NCBI RefSeq assembly: GCF_964355755.1
Contig: NC_092680.1
Span: 1,922,001 to 1,986,000 of the forward strand
Length of the DNA stretch: 64,000 nucleotides
Origin: Antedon mediterranea
Lineage: Eukaryota; Animalia; Echinodermata
Reading direction: 5' to 3'
Shown here piece by piece: positions 1 to 12,200 of the stretch (its first letter is position 1; each line of letters opens with the position of its first letter). Position numbers and translations under genes: made by a program. The notes beneath the pieces are model-generated. The model searched no databases. It was not told the DNA's origin and saw nothing but the letters and a program-made list of their open reading frames with translations.

Positions 1-731
1 GGGGCAAAAGCATATTTATCCCTGAATTTGAACCGTTCTACACGTGACTTTTTTACACTTATTGGTCATCTCCATTACATCTCTTAAAATTTTGCTAAAG
101 AAATATTCTTCTTCTACTTTAGAAGAGGCCCTGACTGACGTGCATTATGAACTTATCATCTTAAACATATATTATCATAATATAAAACATCTTTTGTCTT
201 TTTTGTACCAATTGTTTCTTTTGAAGACTGAAGTTTTTTTATTCAAGACATTTGTATTACTTGTTCTATTTACAGTTCCATATGTTTCCAAAAAATAATA
301 GAAGGTTGCGAAAGTAGATTTGTAGAAATTTAGTTATTAACAACTTCCTTTAAAAGTTTAACAAAGCACAAACAATAATTTGGCGAAACAAACTCTCAAC
401 TTCTTTAAAGAAGCAGTTAGTTTAATGAAGCACAAACAGTAATTTCATTATAAGACTTTCTTTTAAAACGGTTTGTTACACATTTACAATTAACACAATT
501 TTGAGATTAAAGTACAGAATAAATACAGAATCCAAGATTTTAACAAGGAACCCTCAGTAGACTTGCCATAAATCTGTTATTTCGAGGTTTTTCGATATAT
601 GAGCCAAAATAGTTATCTTGTTACTAATAATAAGTCAAAACTCCGCCAGGAACCCAGATAAGGATCCCTGGTGCAGACTCGCTACTCTACCTAGAAAAAA
701 TAAAGTAATGCTTCAGTTTTGCCATTTACAG

Positions 732-880
732 AGGAATCTCGACTACCACCGGAGACGAATTGCGACATGAAACCATGTCATCCAGGCGTAGCATGTACGA
801 TGACCCCTAGTGGGTATGCATGTGCCCCATGTCCAAAGGGCTTTGATGGCAATGGTACATTCTGTACAGATATTGATGAG
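732..880 (+). CDS. THBS: TSP exon, EGF ([12 protein letters not shown]...CTDIDE)
   Basis: tttacag| acceptor, |gtaggc donor; EGF Cys spacing. Confidence 0.9.
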
Positions 881-3800
881 GTAGGCTTAATTTTAGATTA
901 CAAAATGAAATACAAATAAAATATAGGTCAAGTTATAATCTTGTTGCCTTCAATCAATCAATTAAAGATGTCTTGTCCCAATAGAAACGGTTAATTTTAA
1001 CCAAAATCCATTGTCTGACCAATAACTTAAGTATTTTTTGCTTTAAATTACATTAATTCTTTTTATCCAGTTTTTGGTCAAGATAAATAACTATTATGTG
1101 ACATTAAAATTGCATATTCAACAGCAAATTCGAAAAAAAAAATGTTTAGGAAGAATATATCTTTAAATAATAATTCGGTTCGATGTTCGAAGTTCGAAAG
1201 GTCGCTCTTTCCTGGTCAAATTTCTGTAAATCAATCAATTTAATAAACTTTATTGGTAAAATCTACAGTAGGCCTATATAATTCTGTTAAAATTTCAGCA
1301 TTCCAGCAATATTAGTCTGTGTGAAGGCGGGCTCCTGCTCGTTCTTTCCTGGTCAAATGCTCTGTAAATCTAAAAGTTGGGTTTACAAGGCCTAAGGGAG
1401 TGACAGTAATGTACTGTAAAGACATGAAACACGTCATATATTCATAATACAGTACGACATTGTGCAATTTTAATTGCTGGTTTCTCTCCTACCCAATCTC
1501 CATTAGCTGTCTCATTATCTATGTTTTTCTTAGCATATTATGTGACAGGGTTTAAATGACTGCTATTTTGTTTACGTGACATCAACCCACTTTAGAGTCA
1601 AGGTTGCATATTATTAAAATACCTCCCTGGTTGCAAAAAAATATGTATTTTAATATACAGTATATACTGAAATTATTGTGTTACTTCCAAGTGGTATCGA
1701 TGTTTTTCTTTTAGTGTTTTATTTGGTAGTACCAATAAGAATAATCTTACCACCTGCTAACATTTTGGAAAGCTTTCCAAAACTTTTTTTAAAAATAAAA
1801 ATTCATTTTTAACGGTTTTAAGCCTAGTCTATGGCAAACTTTTTGTTTCAAAACTCGAGCAAACTTTGATTTGTCAGACCAGTTGAAAACTTTGGCACAA
1901 ACGGCAAAAAAAAAACATGTTTACAATTTAGACAGTTGGTGTACAGTATAATGTTACCGTTATTTATAGCAGTAATCTTAAAGATATATTAAAAAATAAT
2001 ATTATGCCATATTATGCCATTTTAATGTCACATAATATTTATTCACATTGACCAAAAAGTGGATCTAAAAAAATTTACCTGAAAAAAAATGTACTTTAAA
2101 GAAAAAATACTAAAATTGTCCGTCAGACAATGGTTTTTGGTTAAAATAAAACATTTCTTTTATCTTTTAATAAGTTAAATAATTTTTTTACAGAAGTGAC
2201 TAACTTGATTAAAACTGCAAAATGGCCTATTTTTTAATGTCTCATTATATTAATCTTCATTTTTCATGTGTTTTGGGGACAATGCATTTTAAACTAAATA
2301 TGATAAAGTTGGAGTTGAGAAAATCAAAAATGTAATATATGTATTAGTAATATCCATAATTACTTTTTGTACGTTTCAGTGCGCAGAAGCAATGCCGTGT
2401 TCTAGGGTAACAAAATGTATCAACTCATCACCTGGTTTCCGTTGTACTGACTGTCCCCGCGGCTACATCGGTACCGGTAGAGAAGGTAACGGTAGGGAGG
2501 AGGCTCATGGGACTAAACAGGTTCGTGACTTATTTCATATTTAAAATAACAAATTGGAAGTTGGGCAATACGCCCTGTAGTAATACAAGCAACAATTCTG
2601 GTAATTAATCTTTTGTTATGTTTACTTGTTTATTGTCATTATGTTAACTTAAGTTGATGTACGCGTCATAGTCAATCATTTAAAAGTAGCATATTATATA
2701 GTTACACAGGTGTCATGAGAAAACATTGTCCTGAACTTTTGCTTTGGATAATTATTAACAAATTACAACACAGACATCCTGTTGAATATCATTTTCAAGT
2801 CATATCATCATAGTTATGTTTTCACTGATGAAAGGTTTTTATTCAAATATATTCACCTCTCTTAGAACTGTACAGTAAAATAAACATATCTGAATAAAAA
2901 ATCACAAATCATAAAAAGAAAATCAAAATGGTTTAAACAAATTAAATAACTTGTCAATCATTGTGAAAAATGGAAGACTTAAGATGATTGACACAATCCA
3001 AAGATTATTGTTGTATGTACTATTAAAAACAATATTACAAATAGAAAAGTCATTGCTTTAGACAAAAGTAGCCTGTTAATTTTTTTGAAATATATGCTTA
3101 ATTATTACTTCTATTTGTCTATTCAAAATGGTATACAATGTCTTGTTTTTTAATAGGTGTGTATTGATATAGACGAGTGTTCTATCAACAATGGTGATTG
3201 CGCCGATAACTCACTTTGTGTTAACACTGAGGTAAGATTGGTTAAAACATTTTCAAATAATAAATTGTTCATATATTTCAAAGTGTATTTATTAAGGATA
3301 ATTGCTCTGATTGATTGAGCTATTATTTTATTATATTTTAACATTATTTTAGGGCGGTTATTTCTGTGGAGAATGTATCCCTGGTTACCAAGGCAACCAA
3401 TCAATCGGATGCACTAAAAAGCGCCTGTGCACAGATGGGGTGACAGTTAGTCCGTGTCACACACATGCTGAATGTTTTGTTTACTTCACAAAGTTATACT
3501 GTGTGGTACGTCAAACTTTTTTGTTTCATAATTTGTTAATTTTAATCCTTAAATGTTATTTAATTTGTAATTGGCCTAAACAATATGCTTTTTCGACAGT
3601 GTGAATTGGGCTGGGCTGGTAACGGCCGCGTCTGTGGTCCTGATATCGATATGGATGGCTATCCAGATATTCAATTGAATTGCAGAGATTTTGTTTGCAA
3701 TCGGGTAAGATTTAAATATTTATTTAAATAAACTAAACAGAAAATACAGAGACAACGAACTTAAATAGTATACCGTAGGCTTACATTTCATCTGGTTTCA

Positions 3801-6800
3801 ACAGTTTTTCTAATTAATACATTGGTGGTGATAATCAACATTCCTAAAAATAACTGAGAAAGAATTGAAATGGCGTACAATATTACGGAAATCCTTTTGT
3901 TTTATTAGGACAACTGTGTAGAGTTACCAAACAGTGGACAAGAGGATCAAGACAAAGACGGTATTGGTGACGTATGTGATAGTGATATCGACAATGATGG
4001 AGTAAAAAATACACAGGTACAGCCGTTTTCATATTCTCCGTATACGTGTATTGATACCTTTCTTCCATTTTTATTTATGATAAATCAATGTTCAGCTCAC
4101 ACTATCAAATTAGTTTAACAATTATGGTATTGATATGCCCAATTAAAGTAGTGATATGACATCATCATGTCCATATATGGGTGCATCGCATTTTTTGTCA
4201 CATAAAGTTTGATATTGTAGACAGAGCATTAGGCTGCAACCAGCAGATACTACAAATCGCATGTCTGTACTTTTCTATGTGTTTACTTGTGTAGGACAAT
4301 TGCATCTATGACGTCAATGCCAATCAGGAAGCCAATAGGGATGGAGATGAGTTTGGTAACGCCTGTGACAACTGTCCACTCTTGAGAAATCCTTCGCAGA
4401 GAGACATCGATAACGATAATGTAGGGGACGCATGCGATGACGACAAAGATGGTGACGGTATGTTAAATACTTGGAAATATCTATTATTAGTATTTTCCTT
4501 TTTTTATGCTTTTCTGCATCGTGTAATTTACCAAACACTTAATACAATTTAAAACCTATTTTTTATTGAAAATATTTGGTAGAAAATACTGCATTCGTCC
4601 TCATTTCATCAAAGTTTGTACGCGCTTCTCAATTTCTCATTTCATCAACGTTTGTACGCGCTTCTCAATTTCATCATTTCATCAAAGTTTGTACGCGCTT
4701 CTCAATTTCTCATTTCATCAACATTTGTACGCGCTTGTCAATTTCTCATTTCATCAAAGTTTGTACGCGCGCGCTTGTCAGTGATTGTCGTAATGATAAC
4801 TGTGATTGTTATTTCACCTGTGTTTAGGTATTTTGAATCAAATCGATAATTGTCCAATCAAATACAATCCTCGTCAGTATGATATGGATGGAGATGGATA
4901 TGGCGATGCCTGTGATAACTGCCCATATGATGCTAATCCTGACCAAGTAGGTTTGCTTTGCATATTAAGATCAGGAATACTCGTATAGTTATATTTAGCT
5001 CTGTCTAAGTTATCAAAATAGTTTGACAAAAAAAGGTGTGATGTGCCCAAATATGGTAGTGATATGACATCATCATGTCCATATATGGGCACATCACATT
5101 TTTTGTCACATACAGTTTGATAGTGTAGACAGACAATTTGACAACACATAAAGATTACAGTTTAGCCATAACAATGTTTTGTACAGAGAATGTATATAAC
5201 AGAATACTTCATCCTGTTTAAAATGTATTCTTGTGACAACAATCGTCTAATGTTTTGTTTTAATTAAACAGCCTTTTTTGTGTAAGTAAAATGGATAAAT
5301 GATGTTATTAAAATTACACAATGTTTCTGTTTCTCCTTCAGGTAGATTATGACATAGATGGATTGGGGGATACATGTGACACAAATGAAGATAGGTAATG
5401 CATTAATACCTCGTCCGTTTATTTTGACAATCCATATCCAATCCGTATTCTTGTATGTATGCATGTAGTCCGCCTGTAGCCAGTTTTTTTCATAGACTTT
5501 GTGATCTTAAACAATCTTGATTTTTCAGTGATGACGATGGAGTGCAAGATAATATCGACAATTGTCCAGGTGTACCAAACAGCGCGCAGATTGACACGGA
5601 CGGTGATGGACTAGGTGATGCGTGTGACGAGGATGATGACGATGATGGTATCAGAGATGTGTATGATAACTGCAGACTTATTCCTAACACCAATCAGGCT
5701 GACGAGAACGGCAACGGGGTTGGTGACGTGTGTGAATACGATCTTGATAATGATGGTGTTGAGGACTTCTACGATTCGTGCCCGGAGCGGAGGGATATCT
5801 ATGCGACTGATTTTCGAACTTTTCAGACGATCATTTTAGATCCAGTAGGTGATGCCCAATATGACCCAAACTGGATCGTCTTTGATGAGGTAAGTGTGAT
5901 TCATGATACATGTTGATATAAAGTTTGCACTACATATATTTATTCTGAAAAGAACTGTTGAGTTTATCGACGTTTCGATCAATATATAGTAACCCTCTGA
6001 ACAAATCGTCATCCAATGTGTTTCTTATTCATCCCTCATTTTCCAGGGCCGTCAAATTTTGCAAACTATCAACAGCGATCCAGGCTTAGCTGTAACCTAC
6101 ACAACTTTCAATGGTATTGACTTCGAAGGAACTTTCTATATTAACACAGAGGTTGATGACGATTATGCAGGCTTTGTGTTCGGCTATCAAAACAGCAGCC
6201 GTTTCTATACCGTCATGTGGAAACATGCGCAACAAACGTACTGGCGAGCAACACCATTTAGGGCGGTAGCAGAACCAGGGATTCAACTCAAGGTAGTGGC
6301 CTATCTGACAATGTTCTCTTTGCATTTCAAGTTCTTTTATAACGTAGAGTGAAATGAAATACCGTTAGAAATCAACTTACATTGTTGTGTATACTTTAAA
6401 TTTACAGGTAGTAAACTCGGTTTCGGGACCCGGTAGAATGCTCAGGAACGCTCTATGGCATTCGGGTGATACAGACGAGGAGGCAAGTTACTATTTATTG
6501 ATTTTACAATCAGTTGTTGTTGAAGAACTGTCACCTAACCTGATTTACTATTAACTAAAGAATGTATTATTTATTTATTTGTTAATAGGTTAAACTCTTG
6601 TGGCACCAAATAAATTACGGTTGGGAGCATAAAACAGCATACCGTTGGCAACTCATGCACAGGCCGTCAATTGGTCTCATCAGGTATGTTTTATATTATT
6701 CTTTAAATTCAGAAGTTATTTTTATAACTATTGTTCTGGTTGATGAACAGCTTGCTTATGTGTAATACATTATAATAACAGGATTTTTATAGCGCACATA

Positions 6801-7506
6801 CCACTCAAGAGTGCTCAAGGCGCATTCAAAAAAATAAAAAACAAATCATACAAATGTCTGACAAATATAATGCAATTTCTTTGGAGGGTCCCCATCCGTT
6901 CTCGTTCTGTCGCGGTACCGGACCCCTACCTAGATACATTAGTATATCTACCATTCAAATATTGTTTAATACAAAGAAAATTACAAAAACAAAGTATATA
7001 TCATTGGCGCCGCGGGATCTTATAAAAAAAGAGTAATAATCGTTTGGTTTTAGGATCTTTTATACATACAACAGAGGTATAGGCCTACTTTGGAAACCCC
7101 CCAAAAAAATCTTATTAGGATGTTTCTCCTCAGTAGGTGTTTCAAATACAGTATGCTTTTCTCAACAAAATAGGCAAATAAATACGGAATGCACTTTTGT
7201 ATTTTATAGGGTGCGGTTGTACCAAGGAAGGAATCTGATAGTTGATTCAGGCTACATAACAGATCTAACATTAAGAGGAGGTCGGCTAGGCTTGTTCTGC
7301 TTCTCACAAGAACAAATCATTTGGGCTCGACTGAAATATACGTGTAATGGTGCGTTATTAATGTCTTTACTATAATTGTGCCTAAAATCACTGACATTTT
7401 TTTAAAACAGTCGGGTTACTTAAACGATTAAATTACATTTCTTCTAATGATTGTTCTATTATGTCTTCTTTTTCCAGATGCCATACCAGCTGACTACCGA
7501 GGATAG
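732..7506 (+). CDS. THBS: Thrombospondin, subgroup B (COMP/THBS3/THBS4-like); 3' 15 coding exons, 5' part lies upstream of the window
   Basis: Phase-consistent exons encode 4 EGF domains, type-3 repeats (DNC..xN..QxDxDxDGxGDAC) and the TSP C-terminal domain ([53 protein letters not shown]), ending [11 protein letters not shown]. Confidence 0.96.
962..1166. mobile_element. Degenerate copy of the TTAA-flanked MITE
   Basis: ttaaagatgtcttgtccc start; shares tttttggtcaaag.ataactattatgtgacattaaaat with the 47374 copy. Confidence 0.6.
1978..2293. mobile_element. Degenerate inverted copy of the TTAA-flanked MITE
   Basis: Ends ttttggggacaatgcattttaa; internal similarity to the 47374 copy. Confidence 0.6.
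2380..2520 (+). CDS. THBS: TSP exon, EGF ([31 protein letters not shown]...TKQ)
   Basis: tttcag| and |gttcgt; open in frame. Confidence 0.92.
3157..3231 (+). CDS. THBS: TSP exon ([25 protein letters not shown])
   Basis: taatag| and |gtaaga. Confidence 0.92.
3353..3505 (+). CDS. THBS: TSP exon ([20 protein letters not shown]...LYCV)
   Basis: ttttag| and |gtacgt. Confidence 0.9.
3600..3704 (+). CDS. THBS: TSP exon ([23 protein letters not shown]...CNR)
   Basis: Canonical GWAGNGxxCGxDxDxDGxPD motif; cag| and |gtaaga. Confidence 0.95.
3909..4016 (+). CDS. THBS: TSP type-3 repeat exon ([23 protein letters not shown]...)
   Basis: Motif; tag| and |gtacag. Confidence 0.95.
4094..4228. mobile_element. 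Harbinger/Tourist-like MITE family A copy
   Basis: TIR AGCTCTGTCTACACTATCAAACT (degenerate) with catcatcatgtccatatatggg core. Confidence 0.75.
4295..4457 (+). CDS. THBS: TSP type-3 repeat exon ([11 protein letters not shown]...[10 protein letters not shown])
   Basis: Motif; gtag| and |gtatgt. Confidence 0.94.
4601..4780. repeat. Intronic minisatellite, ~36-bp unit x5
   Basis: tcatttcatcaaagtttgtacgcgcttctcaatttc repeated. Confidence 0.9.
4828..4946 (+). CDS. THBS: TSP type-3 repeat exon ([17 protein letters not shown]...NPDQ)
   Basis: Motif; tttag| and |gtaggt. Confidence 0.94.
4997..5133. mobile_element. MITE family A copy
   Basis: TIRs and core. Confidence 0.8.
5342..5394 (+). CDS. THBS: TSP type-3 repeat exon ([17 protein letters not shown])
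   Basis: cttcag| and |gtaatg; phases match both neighbours. Confidence 0.92.
5529..5889 (+). CDS. THBS: TSP type-3 repeats and start of the C-terminal domain
   Basis: [11 protein letters not shown]...[23 protein letters not shown]; tttcag| and |gtaagt. Confidence 0.96.
6047..6292 (+). CDS. THBS: TSP C-terminal domain exon ([16 protein letters not shown]...GIQLK)
   Basis: Conserved TSP-C motifs; ttccag| and |gtagtg. Confidence 0.96.
6408..6482 (+). CDS. THBS: TSP C-terminal domain exon ([25 protein letters not shown]), GC donor
   Basis: GPG..LRNALWH motif; donor GAG|gcaagt. Confidence 0.92.
6589..6683 (+). CDS. THBS: TSP C-terminal domain exon ([32 protein letters not shown])
   Basis: Motif; aatag| and |gtatgt. 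Confidence 0.94.
7210..7349 (+). CDS. THBS: TSP C-terminal domain exon (VRLYQG...[25 protein letters not shown])
   Basis: Motif; tatag| and |gtgcgt. Confidence 0.95.
7478..7506 (+). CDS. THBS: TSP last coding exon (DAIPADYRG*)
   Basis: ttccag|; matches the subgroup-B CND(T/A)IPxDY ending; TAG at 7504-7506. Confidence 0.88.
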
Positions 7507-7793
7507 AACATCCTACCAAGTTCATAGAAATATGCTAATATCATAATAATAGTGTGTGAAACTGACAAATTCAAATTGTGGTTGTTGCGTTCTATCGTCC
7601 TCCTTTTTATCAAATTCAACTCAATTTATTTATGACGTCATGCATCGATTTAGATATTTTCGGTTTCTGCTTTGTGCTGATGATATTTAAATATATACTT
7701 GAAAAAATGACTCAAATAATAATAATAATTATAGTACGATTATCATAGAGGCATACAATATGTATTGTAAACAGCAAGGACAATTACAACTAA

Positions 7794-7929
7794 AGCTACA
7801 CTATCAAACTTTATGCGACAAAAAAAAATGTGATGTGCCCATATATGGACACGATGATGTCATTTTAATACCATATTTGGGCACATCACACTTTTTTTGT
7901 CAAACTAGTTTGATAGTATAGACAGAGCT
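7794..7929. mobile_element. MITE family A copy in the putative TSP 3'UTR
   Basis: TIRs and core. Confidence 0.8.
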
Positions 7930-8487
7930 TTAGTCATATTGTTGAGCATGGCACTGATAGGTCTAGATAAATAAATTGTCTTTAAAAATCCCACTACAAC
8001 ACCGGCCGTCGGTTAGATAGATGATCAGGTAACTGACTACTGTAGATTAAAACACTAACGGGTAATAATTGTCCAATTCTTGTTTATTTTCATATTCCTA
8101 TAAATCTTATATTATATTTCAAATTAGAGTAACATTTTACACTTTTATATATCTTTACATAGCATTGAATGTATAGTACGTAGGTATACAGTATCGTTTT
8201 GTGATATTTGTACTTCTGCTATATTACATAGTATAAATAGAAAATGTGTGTACATTCTTGTATTTAAATTATGAATTAATATGATATTTATGTAAATATT
8301 CAACAGTAGCTGTATTTATCAATTGTTTAAATATTTTACTAGGAGATATTAAATAGAATACCACACGAATGTGAAAATTAGTTATTGTATAAAAAATCAG
8401 GAAGAAATAACTTTTGTGCGTTGAAACGTTGGATACAGTTAGCTTTGACGAGTCTCTTCAAAGAATATATCCTTTGGTATAGGACTA

Positions 8488-8627
8488 ACTAAAGGACGCA
8501 AGCGCAACGCACGTCATTTAACCAGTCACAAAAGATGGATTGTATGAACTTTCGCTTGTCATTTGTTCAACTCGCTTGCGTTGCGTTTACGTCATTACGT
8601 GACGTCCCGAGTGTGAACCCAGGCTTA
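8488..8627. mobile_element. Second MITE family (gacgcaagcgcaacgca...ttgcgttgcg)
   Basis: Internal inverted motifs; related copy at ~58436-58590 and fragment at ~18600-18650. Confidence 0.55.
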
Positions 8628-9218
8628 AGCTGAAGATACGTGCAAACAACCAATGTATATCTTTGCTCGTATTCAAATCCGTTTTCAGAATAAATAAATA
8701 AATAAATATTACTAAGTTATCTAATGTATGTCTTACAGTATATTAAAGTTTATTACCACGATTGTATTGCAGTGGATGACTGACTGAAAATAATTGATAA
8801 TAGGCTTTTGTAAATAGTAGTTACACAGCAAATATTTAAGTAGTATTCTATAGTTTTCATTTACAATGGAATAGGCCTAATATCGTAAAAAGGTATTCTG
8901 ATTGAACTATACAGCAATACCGTTACAGCCAGCTATTTCTACTTCTCAGTTGCTGGAATGGCTGTATTTATTTAGCCTATTCTTACACATTAAAGTATTG
9001 ATATAAATTAATGTTTTATACTATTTAAAACTGTGAATTTTAATAAATTAATACATAAAATAGTATTCTATCTACTCGCAGAACACATTATCTGATTCTA
9101 TGCATGTCAATTATGATATAGTAACCAGTTATGTCAACAAATAAAAGAGTCGAAATGTTGTCATTTTTCGAAATTTTCCCTGTAGTCAATTATTATGCAA
9201 TAATATATTAGGCCTACA

Positions 9219-12200
9219 GAGATTTTTTCTAAAAATGTCCAAAATATCGACTTTTTAATATTCGATTATTATGCAATAATATGGGTATATACGCGCATAT
9301 ATTGTTTTGTATCGTCTTATAGAGCCATAGTAACAAGTTTAGTCGAAAAATAAAAAGGTCGGAATTTGAGGGATTTTTTAGGGGTAAAATTTCGACCATC
9401 TTGGATTTTGCTGAAATTTTGTACATAGCATCATATGATGATGCTGAATAAATATATGCAAAAATATTCCCACTTATATGCGCAGAAGTGCTAAAATATA
9501 GTGATTTTTGCGCATAATCAAAGACTGATCAAATATCGGCATAATTTTTTCTGAATTTTTAAGAAATCCCTGAATTATATGTAGAAATATATACATATAT
9601 AGATAGATATAATGATTCTGAATAAATATATGCAAAAATATTCCCACATATATGCGCAGAAGTACAAAATATAGCACTTTTTGCGCATACTCTTAAGAAT
9701 TATCAAATATCGGCTTATTTTTGCTGATTTTTTTAGAAATCCCTGAATTATATGCAGAAATATGTTCATAAATTGAAAGAGCATCATCATACGATGCTAT
9801 GTACCAAATTTCATCAAAATCCGAGATGGTCAAAATTTTACCCCTTAAAAATCCCTGGGCTATAGCTCAGGGATTTTTTAATGGTAAAATTTCGACCATC
9901 TTGGATTTTGCTGAAATTTTCTACATAGCATCATATGATGATGCTGAGTAAATATATGCAAAAATATTCCCACATATATGCGCAGAAGTGCTAAAATATA
10001 GCGATTTTTGCGCATAATCACAGACTGATCAAATATCGGCATATTTTTGCTGAATTTTTAAGAAATCCCTGAATTATATGTAGAAATATGTACATATATA
10101 GATAGATATAATGATGTTGAATAAATATATGCAAAAATATTCCTACATATATGCGCAGAAGTGCAAAAATATAGCGATTTTTGCGCATAATCAAAGACTG
10201 ATCAAATATCGGCATATTTTTGCTGAATTTTAAAGAAATCCCTGAATTATATGCAGAAATATGTTCATATATTGAAAGAGCATCATCATACGATGCTATG
10301 TACAAAATTTCATCAAAATCCGAGATGGTCAAAATTTTACCCCTTAAAAATCCCTGGGCTCAGGGATTTTTTAAGGGTAAAATTTCGACCATCTTGGATT
10401 TTGCTGAAATTTTGTACATAGCATCATATGATGATGCTGAATAAATATATGCAAAAATATTCCCACATATATGCGCAGAAGTGCTAAAATATAGCGATTT
10501 TTGCGTATACTCAAAGACTGATCAAATATCGGCATATTTTTGCTGAATTTTAAAGAAATCCCTGAATTATATGTAGAAATATGTACACATATAGATAGAT
10601 ATAATGATGCTGAATAAATATATGCAAAAATATTCCCACATATATGCGCAGAAGTGCAAAAATATAGCACTTTTTGCGCATACTCTAAGAATTATCAAAT
10701 ATCGGCCTATTTTTGCTGATTTTTTTAGAAATCCCTGAATTATATGCAGAAATATGTTCATATATTGAAAGAGCATCATCATACGATGCTATGTACCAAA
10801 TTTCATCAAAATCCGAGATGGTCAAAATTTTACCCCTTAAAAATCCCTGGGCTATAAAATTTGGTACATAGCATCATATGATGATGCTGAGTAAATATAT
10901 GCAAAAATATTCCCACATATATGCGCAGAAGTGCTAAAATATAGCGATTTTTGCGCATACTCAAAGACTGATCAAATATCGGCATATTTTTGCTGAATTT
11001 TTAAGAAATCCCTGAATTATATGTAGAAATATGTTCATAAATTGAAAGAGCATCATCATACGATGCTATGTACCAAATTTCATCAAAATCCGAGATGGTC
11101 AAAATTTTACCCCTTAAAAATCCCTGGGCTATAGCTCAGAGATTTTTTAATGGTAAAATTTCGACCATCTTGGATTTTGCTGAAATTTTCTACATAGCAT
11201 CATATGATGATGCTGAATAAATATATGCAAAAATATTCCCCCATATATGCGCAGAAGTGCTAAAATATAGCGATTTTTGCGCATAATCACAGACTGATCA
11301 AATATCGGCATATTTTTGCTGAATTTTTAAGAAATCCCTGAATTATATGTAGAAATATGTACATATATAGATAGATATAATGATGTTGAATAAATATATG
11401 CAAAAATATTCCTACATATATGCGCAGAAGTGCAAAAATATAGCGATTTTTGCGCATAATCAAAGACTGATCAAATATCGGCATATTTTTGCTGAATTTT
11501 AAAGAAATCCCTGAATTATATGCAGAAATATGTTCATATATTGAAAGAGCATCATCATACGATGCTATGTACCAAATTTCATCAAAATCCGAGATGGTCA
11601 AAATTTTACCCCTTAAAAATCCCTGGGCTCAGGGATTTTTTAAGGGTAAAATTTCGACCATCTTGGATTTTGCTGAAATTTTGTACATAGCATCATATGA
11701 TGATGCTGAATAAATATATGCAAAAATATTCCCACATATATGCGCAGAAGTGCTAAAATATAGCGATTTTTGCGTATACTCAAAGACTGATCAAATATCG
11801 GCATATTTTTGCTGAATTTTAAAGAAATCCCTGAATTATATGTAGAAATATGTACACATATAGATAGATATAATGATGCTGAATAAATATATGCAAAAAT
11901 ATTCCCACATATATGCGCAGAAGTGCAAAAATATAGCACTTTTTGCGCATACTCTAAGAATTATCAAATATCGGCCTATTTTTGCTGATTTTTTTAGAAA
12001 TCCCTGAATTATATGCAGAAATATGTTCATATATTGAAAGAGCATCATCATACGATGCTATGTACCAAATTTCATCAAAATCCGAGATGGTCAAAATTTT
12101 ACCCCTTAAAAATCCCTGGGCTATAAAATTTGGTACATAGCATCATATGATGATGCTGAGTAAATATATGCAAAAATATTCCCACATATATGCGCAGAAG

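Noticed and set aside
44-298. 84-aa hydrophobic ORF
   Set aside because: GTG start, low-complexity AT-rich intronic sequence, no motif.
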